From Balneolaceae bacterium (GTDB lineage Bacteria > Bacteroidota > Rhodothermia > Balneolales > Balneolaceae): a stretch of DNA of 64,000 nt. The position numbers and the translations under genes are program-made. The number at the start of each line of letters is the position of its first letter. The stretch's first letter is position 1. Below are positions 45,117-55,209 of the stretch, piece after piece. The stretch lies in the NCBI GenBank assembly GCA_020832225.1, contig JAFIFA010000063.1:3440-67439 (forward strand), given 5' to 3'. The notes beneath the pieces were generated by a model. That model saw only the letters and a program-made list of their open reading frames with translations, did not search any database and was not told where the DNA came from.

Positions 45117-45737
45117 ATGGCCAGACGAGTTGCTTTGTTCGCAGATCTAAAAGAGACTGAAGACTATTTCGGAATTTCTATAAATCATCCCGGACTCTTT
45201 TCCGGGCGCTACAACATCTCTCCCTCATTTCAGCTCCCGGTTGTATATCGGGATAATAAAGTAAAAAAAGTGAAGCCAATGCAGTGGGGGGATGGACCTG
45301 GGGGTGTTGCTGTAATCTCCAGGGCTGATGCAGAAAAAGCTATAGAGGAGAGAAATGTGGAGCCTTGTGTAGCCGTGATCAGCGGGTTTTATGTTTGGAA
45401 AGATGACAAGGAGAAAGAGCATCCATTTTTTGTACGTATGCTGAATGCTCCACTGATGGCGGTGGCATCACTGATGTTTAATGGCTCAACTCCTCACTTC
45501 AAAATGATTACGGCCGAGTCGAATGTGCTGATACAGCCAATGACGGAGACCATGCCATTGCTTCTGGATTCTGATCTGTCCGGAACATGGCTGGATGAGG
45601 CTACTTCGGTTAAGGATGTTCTGAGAGAGGGAATACCGCAATTCTTACTCACTGAACTCTCTGTTCTACGAGTGACCAAAAAGGTGAACGACCCTAAAAA
45701 TGATGATCCTTCGCTGATACAGCCAATTCCGAAATAG
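45117..45737 (+). CDS. SRAP (YedK/HMCES)-like protein lacking the catalytic residues
   Basis: Colinear with E. coli YedK as I recall it: GRYNISPS, GFYVWK..KEHPFFV, VTKKVNDPKNDDPSLIQPI. It begins MARRV instead of MCGRF. Confidence 0.8.
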   Translation: MARRVALFADLKETEDYFGISINHPGLFSGRYNISPSFQLPVVYRDNKVKKVKPMQWGDGPGGVAVISRADAEKAIEERNVEPCVAVISGFYVWKDDKEKEHPFFVRMLNAPLMAVASLMFNGSTPHFKMITAESNVLIQPMTETMPLLLDSDLSGTWLDEATSVKDVLREGIPQFLLTELSVLRVTKKVNDPKNDDPSLIQPIPK

Positions 45738-45992
45738 ACCAACTCTCTCTTGAGTTGAAGGGTCAAATCAGGTTTATCACCATGCTATCCAATATCTTAT
45801 GGACTTATTTAATCAACTTCAGGGTTGCGCTGCAATAACATGAAGGTCAGCCGTTATCAATGAAAGAGAATTGAACGGAGAGCCGGTTTATGTTTGATTC
45901 AGCTATAGTGATTTAGTGCAACTAAAACACTTTGCAAATAGAACAAATAGTGATATTTTTAAGGCTCTCTAAAAAACCGAATTGAATATAGC

Positions 45993-46361
45993 ATGCTTTA
46001 CGCAATTATTGTTAGCCTGATCGCGATCATCTGTGTACTTCTGATCGTAGTAGTACTTCTTCAGCCGGGTCAAAAGGAGGGTCTCTCCGGTGGACTCGCA
46101 GCCGGTATGGCCGGTGGTGCCGCTATGGGTGCGCGCCGAACTGCGGATCTTCTATCCAAAACAACGTCAATCCTTGCGGCTCTTTTCCTCAGTCTGAGTG
46201 TACTTGCCAACTTTGCGATCGATCGTGATGGTGGTGGGCAGAGCACCATCCAACAGACAGGAATTGAGAATGTAGATCCTTCTGACTTCAGGGCTCCATC
46301 ACAGACCGAATCGGCTGTACCACAGCAGCAGGATGATGTTGATATCGATATTGAAAATTAA
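45993..46361 (+). CDS. secG: Preprotein translocase subunit SecG
   Basis: N-terminal TM followed by LLQPGQKEGLSGG, a second TM, and an acidic/Gln-rich tail. Confidence 0.85.
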   Translation: MLYAIIVSLIAIICVLLIVVVLLQPGQKEGLSGGLAAGMAGGAAMGARRTADLLSKTTSILAALFLSLSVLANFAIDRDGGGQSTIQQTGIENVDPSDFRAPSQTESAVPQQQDDVDIDIEN

Positions 46362-46404
46362 TTTCTGATCAGGCCGGGCCAGATTCAGAAAAATTGATGA
46401 AATT

Positions 46405-46442
46405 AAAAAACCCCGAATAGCTCGTGCCGTTCGGGGTTTTTT
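46405..46442. terminator. Bidirectional terminator between secG and the TPR gene
   Basis: A6, CCCCGAA (46411-46417), loop, TTCGGGG (46430-46436), T6. Confidence 0.85.
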
Positions 46443-46476
46443 GTTGTAGAGTCTTAAAAAGTGACGCTAGTGAGGA

Positions 46477-47019
46477 TTAGCCCTCAAGAAGCTCCTTCAC
46501 ATACTCATTTTCAGGGTCCATCTTGAGCGCCTGCTCATAATAGGTTCTGGCCTTGGCGTCATGTCCCCCCTTCTTCATCAGGTCTCCCATCAGAATCCAG
46601 TTCTCTACGTTTGCAGGCTCAGCACGAATGCGATCGAGCAGATAGGGAATCGCCTCTTTACCTTTGCCGCTCATTACTTTGTATAGAACGATATTTCGGT
46701 GTGCGGCCGAGAGGTCATCCAGTGCAATTGCGCGCTCAAAGTCGACACGGGCCTTTTCAGGTTCATCATTGCTCATGTAGGAGTAACCGCGCATGTTGTA
46801 AAGCCTGGCATTGTCGTCCTCAAGCTCAATTGCTCTGTTAAAGGACTTGATACTGGCATCCCACTGATTCAGTTTCTGCATCACCTCTGCCTCAAGGGTG
46901 TGCCCTTCAGAGGCGTCAGGGTTCAGTTTCTGAAGTTCCCGCGCCATGTCGAGGCTTTTGTCGAGGTCCTTTTCATGGAGGAGTTCGTATCCCTTCTTAT
47001 GTTTTTCTTCAAAGCTCAT
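46477..47019 (-). CDS. Tetratricopeptide repeat protein
   Basis: Several 34-aa TPR units (…AIELEDDNARLYNMRGYSY…, …ALKMDPENEY…). Confidence 0.8.
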   Translation of the reverse strand: MSFEEKHKKGYELLHEKDLDKSLDMARELQKLNPDASEGHTLEAEVMQKLNQWDASIKSFNRAIELEDDNARLYNMRGYSYMSNDEPEKARVDFERAIALDDLSAAHRNIVLYKVMSGKGKEAIPYLLDRIRAEPANVENWILMGDLMKKGGHDAKARTYYEQALKMDPENEYVKELLEG

Positions 47020-47237
47020 TTGTTCTGGTCGGATTTTTTCTCTTTTTCGGTTATGTCTTCAAATTCTGCTTCTTCAATCCGGTCAAAATCGGGCTTCCTG
47101 CCTTTACGGCGGGGCCCGGCTCCGTTACGGCCTGTGCTAAACGGATTTTGATTCCGGGGACGTTTTTTGGGCTTGGGCCCACGGATCAGTTTCCAGATCA
47201 TGTAGATAAATAGTGCTATTAATAACCAGCGAATCAT
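47016..47237 (-). CDS. Small membrane-anchored basic protein (DUF4834-like)
   Basis: N-terminal TM MIRWLLIALFIYMIW, then a K/R/P-rich segment and an acidic tail. It has 4-nt overlaps with both neighbours. Confidence 0.55.
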   Translation of the reverse strand: MIRWLLIALFIYMIWKLIRGPKPKKRPRNQNPFSTGRNGAGPRRKGRKPDFDRIEEAEFEDITEKEKKSDQNK

Positions 47238-47881
47238 GAGTCGGGTAAAATATGTATATGTGTATTGCTGCGGATCGGCTGTTCAAATATCTGCTCTTCA
47301 ATATACGACAGATGAGCGGGATTATTGACAAAATCGATCTCTGATGCGTTGATAATCATCAGGGGAGCCTTGTTGTATCGATAGAAGAATTGATTGTAGG
47401 AGTCGCTGAGATCTTTCAGATAGTCGGGCGAAATATGTTTTTCATAGTCGCGGCCGCGCTTCTCAATATTCTCCATAAGGCGATCAACATGGCTCTGTAT
47501 ATATATAACCAGATCGGGCTGTGCAGAAATCCCGGTCATGATTCCGTAGATATTGTCATACAGCCCCATCTCGTCATCATCCAGATTAAGCCGGGCAAAA
47601 ATTCTGTCTTTTTCGAATATATAGTCTGAAATGATCCACTCATCAAAGAGCTCCGGGCTTGTCATTCTCTGCTGCTGCTTAAACCGGCTGGCAAGAAAAG
47701 CGAGCTGCGTCTGGAAGGCGTATCGCTTCTTGTTTTCGTAAAATTTGGGCAGAAATGGGTTGTCTTCAAACTCCTCCAACACAAGCCTGGCGTTGTGCCT
47801 TTCGGAAAGAAGACGGGCCAGGGAGGTTTTACCCGCACCGATTACCCCTTCTATTGCAATAAAGTCGAACTGGTTGGCCAT
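47234..47881 (-). CDS. Deoxynucleoside kinase
   Basis: P-loop IEGVIGAGKTSLARLL, an ERS-type segment and dNK-family length (215 aa). Confidence 0.85.
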   Translation of the reverse strand: MANQFDFIAIEGVIGAGKTSLARLLSERHNARLVLEEFEDNPFLPKFYENKKRYAFQTQLAFLASRFKQQQRMTSPELFDEWIISDYIFEKDRIFARLNLDDDEMGLYDNIYGIMTGISAQPDLVIYIQSHVDRLMENIEKRGRDYEKHISPDYLKDLSDSYNQFFYRYNKAPLMIINASEIDFVNNPAHLSYIEEQIFEQPIRSNTHIHILPDS

Positions 47882-47909
47882 AAATAAAGCGCTGGTTCCG
47901 CATTGGCGG

Positions 47910-48398
47910 TTACCAAACGATATCTGTTTTTCTGATCTCTATATCTGGTGCCGAACTGATTAACTGGTCGAGAGTGCTGCCGTTTTCAGGATCATCAGCA
48001 ACGGGGCCGATCTCCTTCATCGGCAACAAGACAAATCTCCGTTTGGCATATTCGGAATGTGGAATAATAAGGGTATCGTCGTGAATCACCAAGTTTCCGT
48101 ATCGGATGATATCGAGGTCCAGAACCCGGGGGCCCCACCGTTTGGGGTTCTTCTCCCGGCCACACTCAATTTCGAACTCCTTGAGCCGTCTCAGAAGCTC
48201 GTGAGGGCTTAGTGTGGTGTGAATAAGGGCCGCTGTATTGTAAAATGAGTAGAGGGCTCCACCTACCGGTTCCGACTCCCATACAGAAGATTTTCGGATC
48301 TCTCCTTCGGATAGCTCCTCGAGAAAGGCGGATGCCTTCTGAAGATACACTCTTCGTTCGCCAAGGTTGGATCCGGCAGCAACAATTACCTTTTCCAT
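47910..48398 (-). CDS. folK: 2-amino-4-hydroxy-6-hydroxymethyldihydropteridine diphosphokinase
   Basis: GSNLGER, WGPRVLDLDII and IPHSEYAKRRFVL motifs. Confidence 0.9.
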   Translation of the reverse strand: MEKVIVAAGSNLGERRVYLQKASAFLEELSEGEIRKSSVWESEPVGGALYSFYNTAALIHTTLSPHELLRRLKEFEIECGREKNPKRWGPRVLDLDIIRYGNLVIHDDTLIIPHSEYAKRRFVLLPMKEIGPVADDPENGSTLDQLISSAPDIEIRKTDIVW

Positions 48399-48757
48399 TC
48401 CATGATTACTTCAGCGGACGCGGCCGGTGGGTTAACGGGTGGATTTAGCTTTCTGACGGTTACGTTCAAATGGTTTAGAGTAGGCATCGCTTCCATAAGC
48501 CTCTCCCCAATTTGTAGACAAAGGGTTTCAATCAGTTTCTCGGACGGGCCATTCATCACCTCTGCCGTAATTGCGGTGGCCTTCTCATAGTCGAAAGTAG
48601 CTTTCAGGTCGTCTTCATTCACAGAACCTCTGAAATGCCCAGAAGCCTCGAGGTCTACCTCAAAATCGTTACCCTTCTCTCTTTCACTTTCGTAGTAGCC
48701 GTGTGGCGCACGAAATGAAAGTGAATTGAGTCTGATTCTGTCCAATAGAGAAGGCAT
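48386..48757 (-). CDS. folB: Dihydroneopterin aldolase
   Basis: GYYESEREKGNDFEVDL and the DYEKA region. The likely start is ATG 48757; the track start at 48838 adds 27 aa. 13-nt overlap with folK. Confidence 0.82.
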   Translation of the reverse strand: MPSLLDRIRLNSLSFRAPHGYYESEREKGNDFEVDLEASGHFRGSVNEDDLKATFDYEKATAITAEVMNGPSEKLIETLCLQIGERLMEAMPTLNHLNVTVRKLNPPVNPPAASAEVIMEWKR

Positions 48758-48871
48758 TTGTAGTTGATTCGATCTTAGTAGGTCATAGTTAGCTTTACCG
48801 GAGTGATAACCGAAAAGTAGTGCTGACAGTTCTGTCATCTGCCGGAAGTATCAATAAAGGCAGTGTTAGTA

Positions 48872-50347
48872 TCAGAGCGTTGCTAACTCAATTTTCTGTT
48901 CCAGTTCGCTGAGGATCCTCTTGTGTTTCGGGCTTGTAGAGAGCCGCTCTTCTACCGTAGAGATTGCGTGTATCACGGTTGAGTGGTCTCGCCCGCCAAA
49001 CTGAAGTCCGATCGTTTTAAGGCTCGATTTGGTAAACTTTTTGGAGAGATACATGGCGATCTGCCGTGCTTCAACAATCTCCTGCTTTCGGGTCTTTTCA
49101 CGGACCTTGTTGGTGTCGATTCCAAAGTAGTCGCAAACGTAGTTCTGAATCGACTCTATAGAGACCTGGGTGTGTGAGCTCTTCACCATATCCTTTAATA
49201 CAGACTTGGCCATTTGAAGGTCGATCTCATCAACGTGTTTCAGGGAAGCAGTGGCAAGAAGTTTAATAATGGCTCCTTCCAGGTCGCGAACGTTCGACTT
49301 AAAGTTGTGAGCAATAAACTCAAGAATTTTTGAATCGATGTTGATGCCGTTGTCATTCGCCTTTCGCTCAAGAATGGCATATCGAGTCTCAAATTCAGGG
49401 ATCTGCAGGTCGGCGCTCAGGCCCCAGCTAAATCGTGAAATCAGTCGGTCTTCAATGTCGGGAATATCTTTGGGTGCGCGGTCACTACTCAGGATAATCT
49501 GTTTGCCATCCTGATGGAGTGCATTAAAAATGTGGAAAAACTCTTCCTGGGTCTTCTCCTTGCCGCTGAAAAACTGGATGTCATCGACAATGAGTACATC
49601 GATGTTGCGGTAGAATGTGGTAAACTCGCTGGCCCGGTTGTTTCGGATCGCCTGAACAAATTCATTAGTAAAGCTCTCAGAGGAGATATAGAGCACAGAT
49701 AGCTCATCTCCGAAATCCTGTTTAATCTTGTTGCCGATACTCTGGATCAGGTGCGTCTTGCCAAGGCCGGTTCCGCCATATACAAAGAGCGGATTGAAGG
49801 AGTTGTTGCCCGGATTGTCGGCTATCGCCATTGCGGCCGATCGTGCAAGACGGTTGCAGTCTCCCTCAATATAGCGCTCGAACACATAGTTGTTGTTCAG
49901 GTTCGAATCAATATTGGTCTTTCGGATACCCGGAATCACAAAAGGATTCTCAATTTTACCGGGATTCTGATTGGTGAAGGTATTCATCTCCTGCGGCTTG
50001 GAAGGGGGCATCGGCCGCTGAGGGAGGCGTATAGAGCGGTTGTCTTCCATCCGATCAGATTTCTCTACCAGTACCGAATATTCCAGTTTTCCTTCATTAC
50101 CCAAAACTTTGGCAATCGTTGAGCGTAGCATATTGTAGTAATGCTCTTCCAGCCACTCATACCAAAATTGACTAGGTACCTGAATGGTCAGGGTATCATT
50201 ATCAAGCTTTACCGGTTTGATCGGTTCAAACCATGACTTGTATTTCTGATAACTGATGTTGTCCTGGATGATCTCCAAACACTCACGCCAGGCATCCTCA
50301 GCAGTTAGCGTATCCAATTTTACAGCCTCCAAATCCTTCAAACACAA
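48872..50347 (-). CDS. dnaA: Chromosomal replication initiator DnaA
   Basis: GGTGLGKTHL Walker A, VDDIQF, and the C-terminal DNA-binding domain (DHSTVIHA). There is no in-frame ATG near the N-terminus, so the start is one of the TTG codons at 50347/50341/50332. Confidence 0.95.
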   Translation of the reverse strand: MCLKDLEAVKLDTLTAEDAWRECLEIIQDNISYQKYKSWFEPIKPVKLDNDTLTIQVPSQFWYEWLEEHYYNMLRSTIAKVLGNEGKLEYSVLVEKSDRMEDNRSIRLPQRPMPPSKPQEMNTFTNQNPGKIENPFVIPGIRKTNIDSNLNNNYVFERYIEGDCNRLARSAAMAIADNPGNNSFNPLFVYGGTGLGKTHLIQSIGNKIKQDFGDELSVLYISSESFTNEFVQAIRNNRASEFTTFYRNIDVLIVDDIQFFSGKEKTQEEFFHIFNALHQDGKQIILSSDRAPKDIPDIEDRLISRFSWGLSADLQIPEFETRYAILERKANDNGINIDSKILEFIAHNFKSNVRDLEGAIIKLLATASLKHVDEIDLQMAKSVLKDMVKSSHTQVSIESIQNYVCDYFGIDTNKVREKTRKQEIVEARQIAMYLSKKFTKSSLKTIGLQFGGRDHSTVIHAISTVEERLSTSPKHKRILSELEQKIELATL

Positions 50348-50718
50348 ATTTTACTTAAGTAGTTAGTTATCCACAGGGCAAATGAGCACGGCGTTTTTTG
50401 TTCGACACAAAAATGTGAATAATTCAGGCTCAAATCAAACGGGCAATCGTAAGTTATCCCAAAGTTATCCACATTTTTATAAATACCTTAAACAGTTGGC
50501 ACGCAATAATTTGAGGTTTTATTGCGTTAATTACAAAAAACCCCTTGACAGCTCATAACAATTCCCTAACGCTGATTTAACACAGGCCGGTTTGCCGCAA
50601 AGAAGCCCTTAAAAACTTTTCCACAAGTTATCCACATTTACCCAGGCAACGTTTAAGGCTTGCTAAATCAGGCCTTGCGAAAGGGTGCAACCCAATGACA
50701 GGAAGGGGGATAAAAAGA
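50348..50718. other. Chromosomal origin of replication (oriC)
   Basis: Perfect TTATCCACA at 50367-50375, 50465-50473 and 50628-50636. One-mismatch boxes are TTATCCCAA (50454-50462), TTTTCCACA (50617-50625) and TTATTCACA on the minus strand (50414-50422). AT-rich stretches at about 50471-50545. Adjacent to dnaA. Confidence 0.8.
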
Positions 50719-51582
50719 TTATAATGCGATCAGAAAGCGATTCAGGTCACTGTAGTCTTTCAGGAGTTCTGCACCTGGAAGTATACGTGAGACTTCGACG
50801 TGAATATCTTCAGCAAGGGGAGAGCTGCACTCAAGAAAAAGTGAGCTCTTCTTTTCTTTGGCAAATTGAGCGATCGCAACGTAGAGGGAGAGGGGATTGT
50901 GGTGGAAAAGAGCCACTTCAGGTTCGTAATGGCTCACCTGAATTTCAAGAGACTCTCTCTCCTCCGGTTTGATATAAGGAGGGTTGGAAATGATGATATC
51001 CCAATCACGATTGCCAATTTCAGGGTGAGTTCCGGCTTCCAGCATGTCGCAATGGAGAAATTCGCAATTGGTTTGATTGGTCTCCGCGTTTTTACGGGCG
51101 GTATTCAGTGCCTTTTCAGAAATATCGATTCCGGTACATCTCCAGGAGGGGTATTTTTTTTGAATGGCTATCGGGATACATCCGCTGCCCGTTCCAATAT
51201 CGAGTATTGAAAGCTCTTCGGTCTTTCTCTCAGAGAATCGATCGAGAACCACTTCGGTAAGTTGTTCGGTTTCCGGCCTGGGAATAAGCACACTCCTGTT
51301 TACAGCAATGGTGCACCCCAGAAAGTCGGTACTGCCGGTGATCTGCTGCAACGGTTCATGCTTAGCACGTCGCTTAATGAGGGGGCGTATCCTATTTAAC
51401 TCATCAGTTGAGAGAGGACGGTCGTACTGCAGGTAGAGGTCAAGGCGGCGTATTTCAAGTATCTCGGCCAAAAGCCATTCGATACTCATCCTCGGACTGT
51501 CTACTCCTTTTTGCTCAAAATAGTCAGTAGCCCATTCAAGCATGGTGAGAACAGTCCACACCTTGCCTGTGTAATCACTCAT
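50719..51582 (-). CDS. prmC: Release factor glutamine N5-methyltransferase
   Basis: ILDIGTGSGCI SAM motif and the IISNPPYI catalytic motif. 287 aa. Confidence 0.9.
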   Translation of the reverse strand: MSDYTGKVWTVLTMLEWATDYFEQKGVDSPRMSIEWLLAEILEIRRLDLYLQYDRPLSTDELNRIRPLIKRRAKHEPLQQITGSTDFLGCTIAVNRSVLIPRPETEQLTEVVLDRFSERKTEELSILDIGTGSGCIPIAIQKKYPSWRCTGIDISEKALNTARKNAETNQTNCEFLHCDMLEAGTHPEIGNRDWDIIISNPPYIKPEERESLEIQVSHYEPEVALFHHNPLSLYVAIAQFAKEKKSSLFLECSSPLAEDIHVEVSRILPGAELLKDYSDLNRFLIAL

Positions 51583-51607
51583 AGAGACGGGTGCAGATTA
51601 CTGCTGA

Positions 51608-52003
51608 TTACTTTTTTTCCTCTTCTTTCTCTGTATCGTCATCCACCTCTTCCTGGAGGGAAAGGCCAAAGCGTTTGGAGAAGTCCATAACAAAGTCGAC
51701 CACATCCGCTTCAATGTTCCTCTCTTCTGATAGTGAGCTGCCTCGGAAGCCCATGCGACCACCCGCTTTTTTAAGCTCGATGCGCGTATGGCGAGAGTTG
51801 CATTCAATCACACAGGTGAGAGTGATAGTGGCGTTGATCTGTTTTTCAAACTGTTCGTAAACGGCCACATAAATCTGATCAGCGTTTTTGTCAGATTTAT
51901 AGGTGTAGAGATACTTTGGCTCATGGGATTCCATGAGTTTAACGGGAATTCGTCTTAATGTATCATTTGGTCCATACACCAAATATTTTGTGACTGTGCT
52001 CAT
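51608..52003 (-). CDS. Hypothetical protein with an acidic C-terminal tail
   Basis: A 131-aa ORF 25 nt upstream of prmC on the same strand. No motif recognised. It ends EEVDDDTEKEEEKK. Confidence 0.5.
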   Translation of the reverse strand: MSTVTKYLVYGPNDTLRRIPVKLMESHEPKYLYTYKSDKNADQIYVAVYEQFEKQINATITLTCVIECNSRHTRIELKKAGGRMGFRGSSLSEERNIEADVVDFVMDFSKRFGLSLQEEVDDDTEKEEEKK

Positions 52004-52183
52004 ATGGCTTTACGGTATTGTATTGTGCGTATAATGGGCGAAATTTCTGCCTGAATAAAAGCCTTAATACAACAATAATCAAATATCGATTTTACAGGTG
52101 CCCGGTTAGTAAATCAGAGTGTTGCTGTTTTTCTATACCTTTATGCAATGGAATTCATACATTTTGCGTTAGTGGCCTACAAC

Positions 52184-53062
52184 ATGAAAAAACTTCTTAC
52201 TATGAAATTCAGCTACAAATTGATTTCAGCATCTGTTACTGCTGCTATTTTATTATTTGCCGGTACAGAATTGATTCTTGCGCAGGTTCAGGAGCCCGAA
52301 GTAAGGCCCACGCCCAGAAATGTAAGTTCACTACAGGATGGGTACCAGAGTGGACTGGGATTTAATGTGGTAATGAATAATTTCGGTTTCGGGGTTGGAG
52401 GAGAGTATCGCCGCGTTATTGCACCACAGTCTGAAGCAATGCTCACATTCAGAATTACGGGCCTTCGTGATGAAAGTGAACAAACTTTTACGGATGTCTT
52501 TTTCGGGCAGCAGATAGTGCCAAATAAATTTCAACGGGCATTTGCCTTTCCACTGATGCTTGGTGTGCGGCAGAGAATATTCTCCGATATTATTCAGGAA
52601 GATTACAGATTCTTTTTGAGTGCCTCTGCAGGTGGGGTAGCCTCTTTCTCCTTTCCCTATTTTGACGATCAGGATGGCTCAGGCTACAGATTTACCGGAA
52701 ATGAGCTGATTCTGATTAACGATGAGCTTTTTCGTATTCCGGGTGAGCCTATAAATGATGTGTTTACCGGCTGGAGCAACGGTAGCTGGGATTTTGGAGC
52801 TGCCGGAGAGATTAAGCTGGCCCTTGACATCGGCAGTGGCTTCACGAGACTCAGCAGTATTGAGTTTGGATACTACTTCTACTACTTCCCCGATGGAATT
52901 CAGTTGATGAATCCAAACCGACCGGTTTTCAGGGATGATGTAACGCGCCCGGATGTGGTTCTCACAGATTCTAGTGGCGATATCGTTTTTGAGGAATTCT
53001 TCCCTGCTCAACGATTCTTTGGCACACCGCAAATCACGTTTACATTTGGCAGACTCTGGTAA
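52184..53062 (+). CDS. Putative outer-membrane beta-barrel protein
   Basis: Signal peptide (…ELILAQ), alternating beta-strand pattern, C-terminal FTFGRLW. The start is at ATG 52184. Confidence 0.6.
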   Translation: MKKLLTMKFSYKLISASVTAAILLFAGTELILAQVQEPEVRPTPRNVSSLQDGYQSGLGFNVVMNNFGFGVGGEYRRVIAPQSEAMLTFRITGLRDESEQTFTDVFFGQQIVPNKFQRAFAFPLMLGVRQRIFSDIIQEDYRFFLSASAGGVASFSFPYFDDQDGSGYRFTGNELILINDELFRIPGEPINDVFTGWSNGSWDFGAAGEIKLALDIGSGFTRLSSIEFGYYFYYFPDGIQLMNPNRPVFRDDVTRPDVVLTDSSGDIVFEEFFPAQRFFGTPQITFTFGRLW

Positions 53063-53074
53063 GACAAGAACTGC

Positions 53075-53740
53075 TTAAAGTTGTTCCAGCCACTCTAATG
53101 GATTCGACAGCCCGTTTCTGACAAGATCCGGGCTGTGTTTTTTTAACTCACTTGAGCTGAAGCCACCCGTTGTTACCGCCAACGACCTTGCCCCGAAATG
53201 TTTGGCGCAACGGATATCATTTGGGGTGTCTCCGATCACCACATACTGTTCGGGTGTGGGTTCATTTTTGAAGACTCGCCGATAGTCTAAATCCGCTTCA
53301 CCCGGCAGGAATTTTCTGTCTGCGTGATTGCACCCAAATCCGCCAAAACGAAATACCCCTCCAAAACCAGCAGCATCTACCTTACGGAATGCGACCTCAC
53401 GGAAATTACCTGTGCAGAGGCCCACAGAGTAGCCGTTATTAACCGCATGGTGAACGGCTTCATCGGCGCCGGGAATCAGGTCCAGCTGATCACTACTAAG
53501 CTCTTTCTCCATAATTTCAATGTAAAGTCGCTTAAGCTCTGAAAATGTTTCCGGATCGGGATGTTCGTCTGCAAGTTCACCAAAAATATCTCTATCCGTT
53601 CGGCCTGCAAAAGAGCGGTTTTTTATCCGGTCTCGACTTACATTCAATTCAGAGAGTATCTGTTCGATCACATCGTGAAGAAAAGGGCGTTTGATTTGGA
53701 GAAGAGTTCCGTCTATATCAAAGAGAAGTATTGGTTTCAT
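53075..53740 (-). CDS. HAD-superfamily hydrolase (phosphoglycolate phosphatase-like)
   Basis: LFDIDGTLL motif I, a CTGN motif II context and GDTPNDI motif IV. Confidence 0.82.
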   Translation of the reverse strand: MKPILLFDIDGTLLQIKRPFLHDVIEQILSELNVSRDRIKNRSFAGRTDRDIFGELADEHPDPETFSELKRLYIEIMEKELSSDQLDLIPGADEAVHHAVNNGYSVGLCTGNFREVAFRKVDAAGFGGVFRFGGFGCNHADRKFLPGEADLDYRRVFKNEPTPEQYVVIGDTPNDIRCAKHFGARSLAVTTGGFSSSELKKHSPDLVRNGLSNPLEWLEQL

Positions 53741-53798
53741 GGGGTTTTTCTTTATGAAAAGGGGATTTAACGTTACCTTTCAGCATATACTAACCTAA

Positions 53799-55100
<1,302 letters not shown>

Positions 55101-55139
55101 TAGCTGTCCGGCATCGCAACAGAGGGAAAAACATGCAAG

Positions 55140-55176
55140 GGGCAGCAGTCCGGTTCGGGCTGCTGCTCTTTATTTA
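55140..55176 (+). terminator. Intrinsic terminator after eno
   Basis: GCAGCAG (55142-55148) pairs with CTGCTGC (55160-55166), then TCTTTATTT. Confidence 0.65.
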
Positions 55177-55209
55177 CAGGGTTTATGATCAACCCTGACA
55201 TGAGAAAAA

